64,000 bases of DNA, taken from assembly GCA_040386535.1 (NCBI GenBank), contig JAZKFH010000003.1:225088-289087 (forward strand), written 5' to 3'. Position numbers and translations under genes: made by a program. Below are positions 38,175 to 47,187 of this stretch, in pieces (the first letter of the stretch is position 1; the number at the start of each line of letters is the position of its first letter). Origin of the DNA: Myxococcota bacterium (GTDB lineage Bacteria; Myxococcota_A; UBA796; SXON01). The notes below the pieces were generated by a model. That model did not search any database. It saw only the letters and a list, made by a program, of their open reading frames with translations, and had not been told where the DNA came from.

Positions 38175-38690
38175 ATGAAGACGATCCCAGGCGTGCTCAC
38201 CGCGTCCGAGTGCGCCTCCCACATCGCCCGCGCCGAGGCCGCCGGCTTCGACGAGGCCCCGATCACGACGCGCACGGGCTTCGTGCGCCGGCCCGACATT
38301 CGCAACAACACGCGCGTGATGGTCGACGACGCGCCGTTCGTCGCCACGCTCTGGCGCAAGTTGGCCCGCCACGCGCTGCCCGTCCCCGGCGCCACGCCGA
38401 TCGGGCTGAACGAGCGCCTGCGCTATTACCGCTACGACCCCGGCCAGTTCTTCGCCCCACACCACGACGGCGCGTTCGTCCGCTCCGAGACCGAGCGCAC
38501 CTTCGTGACCGTGATCGTGTACCTGAACGACGACTACCTCGGCGGCGAGACCATCGTGGCCGGCGAGCCCGTGCTCCCGCGCGAGGGCCAGGCGCTCCTG
38601 TTCCACCACCCGGTGCTCCACGAAGGCGCGCCCGTGGACATGGGGCGCAAGTACGTGCTGCGGACGGACATCCTGTACCGGCTGGACTGA
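38175..38690 (+). CDS. 2OG-Fe(II) oxygenase (prolyl-4-hydroxylase-like)
   Basis: HHD...YLN...GGET...HEG...K.VLRTD (HxD...H triad). Confidence 0.88.
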   Translation: MKTIPGVLTASECASHIARAEAAGFDEAPITTRTGFVRRPDIRNNTRVMVDDAPFVATLWRKLARHALPVPGATPIGLNERLRYYRYDPGQFFAPHHDGAFVRSETERTFVTVIVYLNDDYLGGETIVAGEPVLPREGQALLFHHPVLHEGAPVDMGRKYVLRTDILYRLD

Positions 38691-38852
38691 CACGGGAACA
38701 GGGCGGACGGACCGCCCGAGCGCGGCCGCCGCGGCGACGGGGCCTTGATTCGCCGAACGCTCGCCCCTCCTCCCCCGCCTCCGCAGCGGCGGCCGCCCTG
38801 GGCCGTCCGTCTGCCCCTGCCCGGGTGGATCTGCCGATGCTACGGTGGCGCC

Positions 38853-39800
38853 ATGCTGCTCGCCCTTCTTGCCTGCTCCCCCGCTCCCGACGCCACCACC
38901 CCCGCGACCACGGGCGCCGCGACGTCGTCGGCCGTGCCGGCGCCCGCACCGAAGAAGCTGACCGTCGCGCTCAACTGGTACCCCGAGCCCGAGTTCGGCG
39001 GCTTCTACGAGGCCGCGCTGGCGGGCACCTACGCGGCCGCCGGCCTGGACGTGACGATCCTCCCCGGCGGGCCCGGCGCACCCGTGCTGGAGCTGCTCGC
39101 CTCCGGAAAGGCCGACGTCGCCATCTCCGGCGCGGACGACCTGTTGATCCGCCGCGCGCGGGGGCTCGACGCGGTCGCCGTGCTGCCGGGGTTCCAGGAC
39201 ACGCCGGTGGGGTTGATGACACACACGGCGTCGGGTGTGACACGATTCGAGGACGTGAAGGGCAAGGTGGCCATCGAGGCGGGATCGCCGTTCCAGCAGT
39301 TCCTCTGGGGCAAGTTCGGTTGGGAGGGCAAGGTGGAGCCGGTGCCGACGACCGGCTCGATTGGCCCGTTTGCCGCCGACCCGACGCTGATCCAACAGGC
39401 GTTCATCACGAGCGAGCCGTGTGTGGCGGAGGGGCAGGGCCTCACGATCACGTTCCTGCCGGGGCGTGACGCGGGGTGGAACCCCTACGCGTCGCTCGCG
39501 GTGGTGCGTGGCGAAGACAAGGGCTCGGCGTGGGTCAAGGCGTTCCACGACGCGAGCCTCGCGGGCTGGAAGAGCTACCTCGCCGATCCGACCCGCGGAA
39601 ACACCGAGATCGGGCGCCTGAACCCGAACCTGCCGATGGACCGCATGGGGTGCATCGTGGCGCGCCAGAAGCCGTTCGTGGAGGGGACCGACGGCGTGGG
39701 CGTGATGACGGCGGCGCGGTGGGAACAGACCGCGGCGGCGCTCAACTCGGTGGGCCAGAAGGTGGACGCGGCGGGGGCGTGGGTAGATCTGGGGGGGTGA
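38853..39800 (+). CDS. ABC substrate-binding lipoprotein, NMT1/THI5-like
   Basis: LNWYPEPEFGGFY, GLDVTILPGG; N-terminus MLLALLAC. Confidence 0.85.
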   Translation: MLLALLACSPAPDATTPATTGAATSSAVPAPAPKKLTVALNWYPEPEFGGFYEAALAGTYAAAGLDVTILPGGPGAPVLELLASGKADVAISGADDLLIRRARGLDAVAVLPGFQDTPVGLMTHTASGVTRFEDVKGKVAIEAGSPFQQFLWGKFGWEGKVEPVPTTGSIGPFAADPTLIQQAFITSEPCVAEGQGLTITFLPGRDAGWNPYASLAVVRGEDKGSAWVKAFHDASLAGWKSYLADPTRGNTEIGRLNPNLPMDRMGCIVARQKPFVEGTDGVGVMTAARWEQTAAALNSVGQKVDAAGAWVDLGG

Positions 39801-39866
39801 TCTCCGCGGGGGACGCCGAGGTTTGGAGGCGGTCGAACGCCCGCGCTCGCGCTATGGGCGCGGGCC

Positions 39867-40856
39867 ATGCAGCAGAACACGCTCCGGTGGTTCCACCCCG
39901 TCCTTCCTGCCCGCGCGCTGAAGGCACGGCCGCGCCGGGTGCTCCTCGGAGGCCGCGCGTGGGCGCTGTTCCGCGGGGTCGACGGCCGCCCCGCCGCGGT
40001 GGCAGACCGGTGCGCGCACCGCTTCGCGCCGCTCTCGGATGGCCGCGTGGCCGCGGACGGGCGGCTCGCGTGCCCGTACCATGGGTGGCGCTATGACGGG
40101 GCGGGGCGCGGCGAGAGCGCCACCCAGGCGGGGCTCGGCTGCAAGGTGGACGCGCTCCAGGTGGTCGAGCGGCACGGGTGGCTCTGGCTCGCCCGCCACG
40201 ACGCCGATGCTGCCACGTTTCCCGAGGTGGGCGAGGCGGGCTACGTCCCGGCGGGGGGCTTCTCCGTACGGTTCGACGCCCCGCTCGCGCTCGTGCTCGA
40301 CAACTTCGGCGAGGACGAGCACCTCCCGTGGGTCCACACGCGGCTCGGCTGGGACGCGGCGCACCTCGGCGAGGTGGTGCACGAGACGCGCACGTTCCCA
40401 GACCGCACCGAGGTCGCGTGGCGGGGGCCGCAGCGCCGCTCCCTGCTCGTCCACCTGCTGCTCCTGCGCCCCGGCGACCGCTTCGAGAACGAGTGGGTGC
40501 ACCGCTTCGACCCGGTCCGGGCGAGCTACCGCATGTCGTGGAGGGCGCCCGACGGACGGGTGCGGCCGTTCCGCACCCGCGTGGACATCTTCTTCGTCCC
40601 CGAGTCCCCGGAGACGACCCGCGTGACCGTTTTCCCCCATGTCCGCATCGAACCCCCGTTCCTTCGGGTGTTGCTGCCGCTCGTGACCCGCGCGACCCGA
40701 TTCCTCGGCTTCCTCGAGGCCCGGGACGACGCGCGTTTCCTCGCCCGGATGCATGGCGTTCCCGCCTCGCTCGAGGGGGCGCGGCTCGGGCGGTTCGACC
40801 AGGCGCTCGTCCACAACCGCGCGCTGCTCCGCCGGCTCTACGAGGAGGCGGGATGA
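39867..40856 (+). CDS. Rieske non-heme iron oxygenase
   Basis: CAH...CPYHGW Rieske motif; NFGEDEHLPWVH mononuclear Fe motif. Confidence 0.88.
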   Translation: MQQNTLRWFHPVLPARALKARPRRVLLGGRAWALFRGVDGRPAAVADRCAHRFAPLSDGRVAADGRLACPYHGWRYDGAGRGESATQAGLGCKVDALQVVERHGWLWLARHDADAATFPEVGEAGYVPAGGFSVRFDAPLALVLDNFGEDEHLPWVHTRLGWDAAHLGEVVHETRTFPDRTEVAWRGPQRRSLLVHLLLLRPGDRFENEWVHRFDPVRASYRMSWRAPDGRVRPFRTRVDIFFVPESPETTRVTVFPHVRIEPPFLRVLLPLVTRATRFLGFLEARDDARFLARMHGVPASLEGARLGRFDQALVHNRALLRRLYEEAG

Positions 40857-42001
40857 CACACCCCACCCGGTACGTCCACCTCGAGGACGCGCGCCGCCGT
40901 CACGGCGCCGACGTCGACCGGTGCGGCGCCTGGCTGCGGGTGGGCGACCCCCTCGCGGACGCCGCCGCCGCCGCGCTCGCCCCGCTCCCCGCCGCCGAGC
41001 GCACCCCCCTCGTCGACGCCGCGCTGCGCGGTCGCCTCCAAGGCGCGCCTCCCGCGCTCGCCGACCTCGTCGTGAGTATGCGGACGCTCCCGCCGTGGGT
41101 GGACCGTGCGCGGATGGGCCGGGGCGCGGCCGCCGTCGTGCGGGCCGGGCTGCCCGCGGGGCTCGTGCTCGGCTGCTCCTCACTCGTCCTCGGCTTCTGC
41201 TCGCCGGCCGGCAACAAGCCGCTCGTCTTCACCGGGCGCCTCGAAGGGGCCGCGCGCCGTCGCCTCGCCGAGACCTCCCGTTTCGTCCACGCGCTCACGA
41301 CGCCGGGCGGCGCCCTGCCCGGAGGAGAGGGGTGGATCGCCGCGGCGAAGGTGCGTCTCATGCACGCGGCGGTCCGGCGCGCCCTGATGGCCTCGCCGCG
41401 CTGGACGGCCGACGACTGGGGCGTCCCCATCAACGCCTTTGACAGCGCGGGCACGATCCTCCTGTTCTCGCTCCTCGTGGCGGACGGCCTCGCCGGGCTC
41501 GGCTTTCCGATGACGGCGGAGGAGCGCGGCGATCTGCTCCACCTGTGGCGCTACGTGGGGCACGTCATCGGCGTCCCCGAGCCGCTCCTCTTCGCGGACG
41601 AGGCGAGCGCGCGCGCGTTCTGGGACCTCGTCGTGACCACCCAGGACCCGCCGGACGGCGACGCCCGACTGCTCGTCCACGCGACGCTGAACGGGGGCCT
41701 CGGCCCGCGCGAGACGAACATCGCGACGCGGGCGCGCGCGCGCGCGGTGCGGGGCGTCGCCTGGGCCACGGCGCGCCGGCTCCTCGACCCCACACTCGTC
41801 GCGGACCTCGACTTCCCGCCGCCCGACGGGTGGGACCGCCTGCTGCGCCTCCTCCACCCGGCGAACCGCGCGCTCACGCGCCTGCGCTCCCCGCGGCTCG
41901 ATCGGCATCGCTACGCCGCGGGCGTTCGGTACTGGGAGGAGGTCGTGCGGGAGGGGCTCGCGGGGGTGCCGGCGGACTTCGCGATGCCCGGCCGCGGATG
42001 A
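40853..42001 (+). CDS. MpaB/Lcp-type (DUF2236) oxygenase
   Basis: RRLAET, KVRLMHAAVR, WGVPIN, LWRYVGHVIG. Confidence 0.85.
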   Translation: MTHPTRYVHLEDARRRHGADVDRCGAWLRVGDPLADAAAAALAPLPAAERTPLVDAALRGRLQGAPPALADLVVSMRTLPPWVDRARMGRGAAAVVRAGLPAGLVLGCSSLVLGFCSPAGNKPLVFTGRLEGAARRRLAETSRFVHALTTPGGALPGGEGWIAAAKVRLMHAAVRRALMASPRWTADDWGVPINAFDSAGTILLFSLLVADGLAGLGFPMTAEERGDLLHLWRYVGHVIGVPEPLLFADEASARAFWDLVVTTQDPPDGDARLLVHATLNGGLGPRETNIATRARARAVRGVAWATARRLLDPTLVADLDFPPPDGWDRLLRLLHPANRALTRLRSPRLDRHRYAAGVRYWEEVVREGLAGVPADFAMPGRG

Positions 42002-42023
42002 TGCGCCGGAGGGCGGCGCGGCG

Positions 42024-43205
42024 CTATCGAGCGGTGGGCTCCAACCGGTGCACCACCACCTCGCCCGCGATCCCCATGCGCGGCGGGAGCCCGGTGTGCC
42101 AGTTGCCCCGGTGCACCCAGAGCCGCGTGGCGCCGCGATCCCAGGGCCCCTGGTCGTAGACGCCGAAGGGGCGGAGCACCGACCACGGCACGCCGAACAT
42201 GTCGGTGCCGACCTGGCCGCCGTGGGTGTGGCCGGACAGGACGAGGTGGAAGCGGCCGTCGGGGACCCAGGCGAACAGGCGCGGATCGTGGGCGAGGAGC
42301 ACGCGGACGTGGGCGTCGGACGGAGGCAAGGCCTCGACCGCTTCGAGCAGGCGGGCGCGTGCTTCACGCCAGTGGAAGTTCACGCCGGCGATCTCGACGG
42401 TGACGGGGCCCACCGCCACGTGCACCGCCTCGTCGACGAGCATGGGCACCCCGATCGCGGCGAACTCGGCGCGGAGGGTGTCGGCGATGGGGAGATCGTG
42501 GTTGCCGAGGCACGCGAACGTGGGCGCCTTCAGGCGGGCCAGCCCCTCGAGGAGGAAGTCGTGGTGCTGCTCGGAGAAGGGCATCACGTGATCGCCGGTG
42601 ACGACGACCAGGTCGGGCGCGAGGGCGTTCACCCGGTCGACGAGCGCGAAGAGGTCGACGCGGCGCATGGTGGGGGAGACGTGGATGTCCGAGAGCTGGA
42701 CGATCCGCACGGGCGCGGGCAGGCCGGGCACGGAGACGACGTGTTCGCGGGTGCGCTCGCCGAGCCGTGTCCACGCCCAGCCCCAGAGCGCGAGGCCGGC
42801 GGGGAGGAGGAGCAGGGCGCCGGGCCAGAGCACGAGGGCGCCGGTGAACGCGGCGTACGGGCCCCGCACGATCAGCAGCAGGCCGCACCACAAGGAGAAC
42901 GCGAGCGCCGGCTGGCTCAACCGCGCCGCGAGCATGAGGCGGCCGGCGTCCCGGCGGCGGTCGAGAACGTGGAACAGCGCGTAGATGCTGACCGCGCCGA
43001 TCGTGAGGACCACGCCGAGGAGGGCCCGCGCGAGGCCGTCGACGCCCGCGCCCGCCGCGCCGATCCAGAGCGCCGGGTAGATCGCGACGCAGCCGGCCAC
43101 CAGCAACGCGACGGCGTGATCGTTCGCCGTGGTGCCGCCGCGGTACACACGGGCGACCGTGGCGAGCGTGACGACGCCGCCCCCGATCAGCGCGACCATC
43201 GCCAC
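42024..43205 (-). CDS. Membrane-anchored metallophosphoesterase (YkuE/YaeI-like)
   Basis: LSDIH, TGD, GNHD, LAH, SGHTHGGQ; N-terminal TM helices. Confidence 0.9.
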   Translation of the reverse strand: MAMVALIGGGVVTLATVARVYRGGTTANDHAVALLVAGCVAIYPALWIGAAGAGVDGLARALLGVVLTIGAVSIYALFHVLDRRRDAGRLMLAARLSQPALAFSLWCGLLLIVRGPYAAFTGALVLWPGALLLLPAGLALWGWAWTRLGERTREHVVSVPGLPAPVRIVQLSDIHVSPTMRRVDLFALVDRVNALAPDLVVVTGDHVMPFSEQHHDFLLEGLARLKAPTFACLGNHDLPIADTLRAEFAAIGVPMLVDEAVHVAVGPVTVEIAGVNFHWREARARLLEAVEALPPSDAHVRVLLAHDPRLFAWVPDGRFHLVLSGHTHGGQVGTDMFGVPWSVLRPFGVYDQGPWDRGATRLWVHRGNWHTGLPPRMGIAGEVVVHRLEPTAR

Positions 43206-43301
43206 CTGCTCCGCTCGCGAGCCATGTTTCCCCTCGTCGTCGGCACTCTAACGAGGCCGCCGCTTCCCACGCGCCCGCCCAACGAGTAGCCTCGCCTCCC
43301 C

Positions 43302-44681
43302 ATGCCGCGCCCCCCCGCCCCCGAGTCCCTCGATCCCGCGCTGGTGCTGCTGCTGCTGGAGGACGACAACGCGCGGCGGCGCCTCACCTCGTGGCTCGGC
43401 ACCCGGCAGGTCGACGAGATGGTGGCGCTCGCGGGGCGCGGCGTGCCCGAGGAGGACGAACAACGCCGGGTGGTGGTCCTGCACGGGATCATGGGCGGCC
43501 AGCTGGTGGACCGGCGCGGCGTGCACGAGGACGTGATCTGGTTCGACCTGCCGCACCTGCTCTACGCGGACGGCATCGAGCGCCTGCGCCTCACGGAGGC
43601 CGGCCGGGACGCCGCGCGCGGCAGCCGGCTGGAGGCCACCCGCCCGCTGCGGATCCTCTACGATCTGCTCGCGTGGCACCTCGCGGGGGTGGGCGGCTTC
43701 CGCGTGCACTCGCTCGCCTACGACTGGCGCAAGAACATCGATCTGGCGGCCGAGAAGCTGCACGGGGACCTCGAGGCGCTCGCCGCCGGCGATGACGACG
43801 CCCGCTTCACCGTGGTGGCGCACTCGCTCGGCGGCGTGGTGACCATGCGGTACGCCACCCGCTTTCCGGCCGCGGCGCGCCGGCGCCTGGAGCAGGTGGT
43901 CGTGATGGGATCTCCGCTCGCCGGATGTTTCGAGCCGTTCCAGCTCTGGTCGGGTGTACACCCCACCGCGGCGCGGGTCGACCAGGTGTCCGGGCGGGGC
44001 GATCTGGTGCGGCAGGTGTTCGCGACGTTTCCGAGCATGGCCGAGCTCTGCCCCGATCCGCGGCGGTTCGACAGCGAGGCGCTCCTGGACGCCCGGACCT
44101 GGCCCGACCTGCCGACGCTCGGGCCGCTCTTCGGGCACGGCCGCGCCTGGCGGGACAAGGCCGGCGTGCCGGACTTCCTGCTCGATCGGCTCGACGTCGT
44201 GCTCTCCGCGGCCCACGACACGTGCGTGGGCCTGGTGCGCGGCCCGAGCGTGGCGGATCCCGTCACCCAGCGCCTCGGGCCCGGGGACGGCTCGGTGCCC
44301 GTCGCGTCCGCGTGGTGCCCGGGGGCGCGCGGGCACTACGCGGTGCCGACGCACCACCCGTTGATGCCGCTGGACCACGGCGTCCGCGCGCTCGTCGTGG
44401 CGCTCGTCGCGAGCAACGGCGCATCCGGGGGCGAGACTGCGCGCGTGGCGTCGCTCGCCGAGCTGGAGTCCGCGCACCCGGGCCCGACGGCGGACGCCGC
44501 CCCACCGGCGCCGCTCCAGTCGTTCCAGGCGCGGGCGGGCCGCGGCGACGCCTGCAACGGCGACGGGATGTGGCTGCTCGGCTGCAACGTCGCGTCGCCG
44601 GGGGATCCGACGGCGGGCGGCCGGCCCCTCGATCGGGTGGCCCCCCGGGGCAGTGGGCCCCGCGAGCCGCGGCCGTTGTGA
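43302..44681 (+). CDS. Alpha/beta hydrolase, LCAT/PGAP1 lipase-acyltransferase-like
   Basis: LHGIMG, YDWR, AHSLGG, GSPLAG, GDGSVP, H. Confidence 0.8.
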   Translation: MPRPPAPESLDPALVLLLLEDDNARRRLTSWLGTRQVDEMVALAGRGVPEEDEQRRVVVLHGIMGGQLVDRRGVHEDVIWFDLPHLLYADGIERLRLTEAGRDAARGSRLEATRPLRILYDLLAWHLAGVGGFRVHSLAYDWRKNIDLAAEKLHGDLEALAAGDDDARFTVVAHSLGGVVTMRYATRFPAAARRRLEQVVVMGSPLAGCFEPFQLWSGVHPTAARVDQVSGRGDLVRQVFATFPSMAELCPDPRRFDSEALLDARTWPDLPTLGPLFGHGRAWRDKAGVPDFLLDRLDVVLSAAHDTCVGLVRGPSVADPVTQRLGPGDGSVPVASAWCPGARGHYAVPTHHPLMPLDHGVRALVVALVASNGASGGETARVASLAELESAHPGPTADAAPPAPLQSFQARAGRGDACNGDGMWLLGCNVASPGDPTAGGRPLDRVAPRGSGPREPRPL

Positions 44682-44763
44682 CCGCGCGCCTCCGCGTCGG
44701 ACACGAATCCCCGGCGCGGGGATCCAATCGGCGGCGAGGCGGCATGGTGAGCGTGGGAGCCAA

Positions 44764-45495
44764 ATGCACCTCGCCCAACGTCCCCGCGTCCCCTGCCCCG
44801 TCGCCACGGCGTTCGTGACCACCTGGGAGTCCGAGCTCGGAGACAACGATCGCAGGCGCATCGTGGCGCCCCTGCGCGCGCGCCTGGGCGGCACGCGCAC
44901 CGGCACCGGCACCGCGGTACAAAAGGCGGCGGCGTCGTGCGACTGGTTGGTCCACACGTGCGCGCCCGCGTGGCTCGAGATCGCCGACGGCGATCCGGTG
45001 GCGCTCTCCGCGCTGCGCGCGTGCCCCACCCTCGTCGTCGACGCGGACACCCGGAAGGGCCGCATCGCCATCGACCGCGCCATCCAGTCCGTCCTGGCCG
45101 CGCGCATGATCACGTGCAACGCCGCGTGGACCCGGAGCCGCCCCCCGCGGGACGAGCTCGGGGAGCCGGGGCGCCTGTTGGCCGAGCAGCTGCTCCCCCG
45201 CGCGCTCGAAGGCACGCTGGGGCGCACCGGCTTTCACGCCGCGATCGCCGCCGCCGACCGCGCCCCGTTCACCAACCGCTGGCCCACGCTGCGCGACCAC
45301 CTCCTGGGCCTCGCGCAAGCGGCCACGGCAGCCTTGACCTGGCAGGCCATCTGGGCCGCGACGGGCGCGCGCGAGAACGGCGCCGGCGCCTGGGCGAGCG
45401 GCGCCGAGCGGCGCCTGGACCGCGAGATCACCGTGCTCACGGCGCACTTGCAGCCGCACGCCCTGCACCTGGCGCAGCAGATCCTGTCGCCCTGA
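44764..45495 (+). CDS. Hypothetical protein
   Basis: GGGAG RBS, GC3-biased codons; motif CPV..AF...W...DWLV....PAWL. Confidence 0.6.
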   Translation: MHLAQRPRVPCPVATAFVTTWESELGDNDRRRIVAPLRARLGGTRTGTGTAVQKAAASCDWLVHTCAPAWLEIADGDPVALSALRACPTLVVDADTRKGRIAIDRAIQSVLAARMITCNAAWTRSRPPRDELGEPGRLLAEQLLPRALEGTLGRTGFHAAIAAADRAPFTNRWPTLRDHLLGLAQAATAALTWQAIWAATGARENGAGAWASGAERRLDREITVLTAHLQPHALHLAQQILSP

Positions 45496-45509
45496 CTGTT
45501 CGGGTACTC

Positions 45510-45572
45510 GCGGCGGGTACGCGCGGCGTGTAGGCGCGGCGGGTAGGCGCGGCGGGTAGGCGCGGCGTGAAG
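45510..45572. repeat. About 5 degenerate 13-bp tandem repeats (GCGCGGCG(G/T)GTAG) between convergent genes
   Basis: Read directly from the sequence. Confidence 0.6.
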
Positions 45573-45639
45573 GATGGCGGCGCGTCGGCGCGTCGTCTAC
45601 GTCCGGCGCGACGGCGCGCCCGCCTCTCCCTCGGCGAAC

Positions 45640-46599
45640 CTACCGCCCTTCGCAGGCCGCCACGGCGCTGGGGCCGGACGCGAGCAGCCAGGGCGCCGCG
45701 ACGGCGCAGCCGCCGAGCACAGAGGCGGACGCCGCGGCGATCTTTTCCACGTCGGCGCGACGGCCACCGCCGCCCCCGGTCACGTAGGAGCGGGAGGCGT
45801 CGATCACCTCGCCGTGCCGGGCGAGGTCGAACAGGGCCCGGATGCGACGGACGGTCAGCTCGTCGCGCACGCCGGCCTGGGGGCCGACGATGGCGAGGCC
45901 CCGATCGAGGGCATCGAGCGCGTCGGCTCCGGGAGCGCCGGAGGCCTGGAGAGCTCGGGCGCGCCCGAGCAGGCCGGCGGCGGACTGCGGCAGGCAGAGC
46001 ACGCCGTCCCCCGCGCCCAGGGCACGCGTGGACTCGGCGCCGCAGTCGACCTCGACGCGGCCGTGCCGCACGTCGACCCGGGTTCCGAGCGTGTCCCGCG
46101 AGACGGTGAAGCCGGTGCCGACCACGCGCACCTCGGCCTCCCGCGTGAACACGGCGAGGCGCACGCCCTTGTCCGGGGTGACCTCGACGTTGAGCAGCCC
46201 GCTGTCCCACTTGATGTGGGGCGCGTCCGACTGGCCCTCGATGGTGCCCGTGCCGTCGAAGCTGAGCGCGACGTTGGGGATCGACGTGTCGATCTCCCAG
46301 CCGTGGCCGGACTCGAGGGTGCTCGCCATCGCCACGGGCGCGGGCGCCACGGGCTCGATCGTGGTGCGCGCGACCAGCAGGGAGGCCGCGGCGAGCGCGC
46401 CGGCGGTGGCGCCGATGCCGATGAGGCGGAGGCCGCGGGCGCGCGGAAGGTCACGCGAGGCCGCGGTCCTCTCCTGGGCACGGCCGGCGCCGACCCGCAC
46501 GCGGACGCGCTGACAGGACGCCGGCGAGGGGGCGGGGAGGCCCTGCAACAGGGTGGCGGCACGCGCGTCGTCGCGGAGCTCGTCTTCTTCGGTTCTCAT
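45640..46599 (-). CDS. FecR-domain anti-sigma factor
   Basis: Single TM helix, AEVRVVGTGFTV, VDVRHGRVEV, C-terminal TPR-like helices; follows the ECF sigma. Confidence 0.82.
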   Translation of the reverse strand: MRTEEDELRDDARAATLLQGLPAPSPASCQRVRVRVGAGRAQERTAASRDLPRARGLRLIGIGATAGALAAASLLVARTTIEPVAPAPVAMASTLESGHGWEIDTSIPNVALSFDGTGTIEGQSDAPHIKWDSGLLNVEVTPDKGVRLAVFTREAEVRVVGTGFTVSRDTLGTRVDVRHGRVEVDCGAESTRALGAGDGVLCLPQSAAGLLGRARALQASGAPGADALDALDRGLAIVGPQAGVRDELTVRRIRALFDLARHGEVIDASRSYVTGGGGGRRADVEKIAAASASVLGGCAVAAPWLLASGPSAVAACEGR

Positions 46600-47153
46600 G
46601 CGTCCTCCCCAACCAACCCGGCTCTCGCCGCAACCTCCAGAAAGCGTGCGCGGGCGCGACGCATCCGGCTCTTCACGGTCCCGTGGGGGATGTCGAGCAT
46701 CTCCGCGACCTCACGGTCGGAGCGCTCCTCCACGAGGCACAACAACAAGACCTGGCGTTCGGCCAGCGGGAGCTGATCGAGCACCGCGCGGACCCGCTCC
46801 GACGTTTCGTTCATCGCGACCAGCGACGCGGGCCCGCGGGCGGGATCCGGCGTGTCGATCGTGAGGCCGGGCACCCAGCGGCGAACCCACGCGCGGCGGC
46901 GGTGCTGGGCGAGCACGCGGCGCGTGATGCCGAACAACCACGCGGCGGTGTGGGCCTCGTCGTACAGATGGTCGATCCGACGGAGCGCGATGATCAGCAC
47001 GTCGTGCGCGGCGTCCTCTCCGTCGACACCCGGGCCGCCCAGGTGCGAGCACCAGCGCACCACGGCGGGCAGCCACTCGGCCAGCAGCCGATCGCGATCG
47101 TCCGTGCCGCCGCGGAGGGTCGTCAGCTTCATTGGTTTGACCAGGAGGTCCAT
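46596..47153 (-). CDS. ECF RNA polymerase sigma factor
   Basis: EDAAHDV, WLFGITRR, EVAEMLDIPHGTVKSRMRRAR. Confidence 0.92.
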   Translation of the reverse strand: MDLLVKPMKLTTLRGGTDDRDRLLAEWLPAVVRWCSHLGGPGVDGEDAAHDVLIIALRRIDHLYDEAHTAAWLFGITRRVLAQHRRRAWVRRWVPGLTIDTPDPARGPASLVAMNETSERVRAVLDQLPLAERQVLLLCLVEERSDREVAEMLDIPHGTVKSRMRRARARFLEVAARAGLVGEDA

Positions 47154-47187
47154 CGATCCCGTGAATGCCGCGACATCGTAGATCGGA

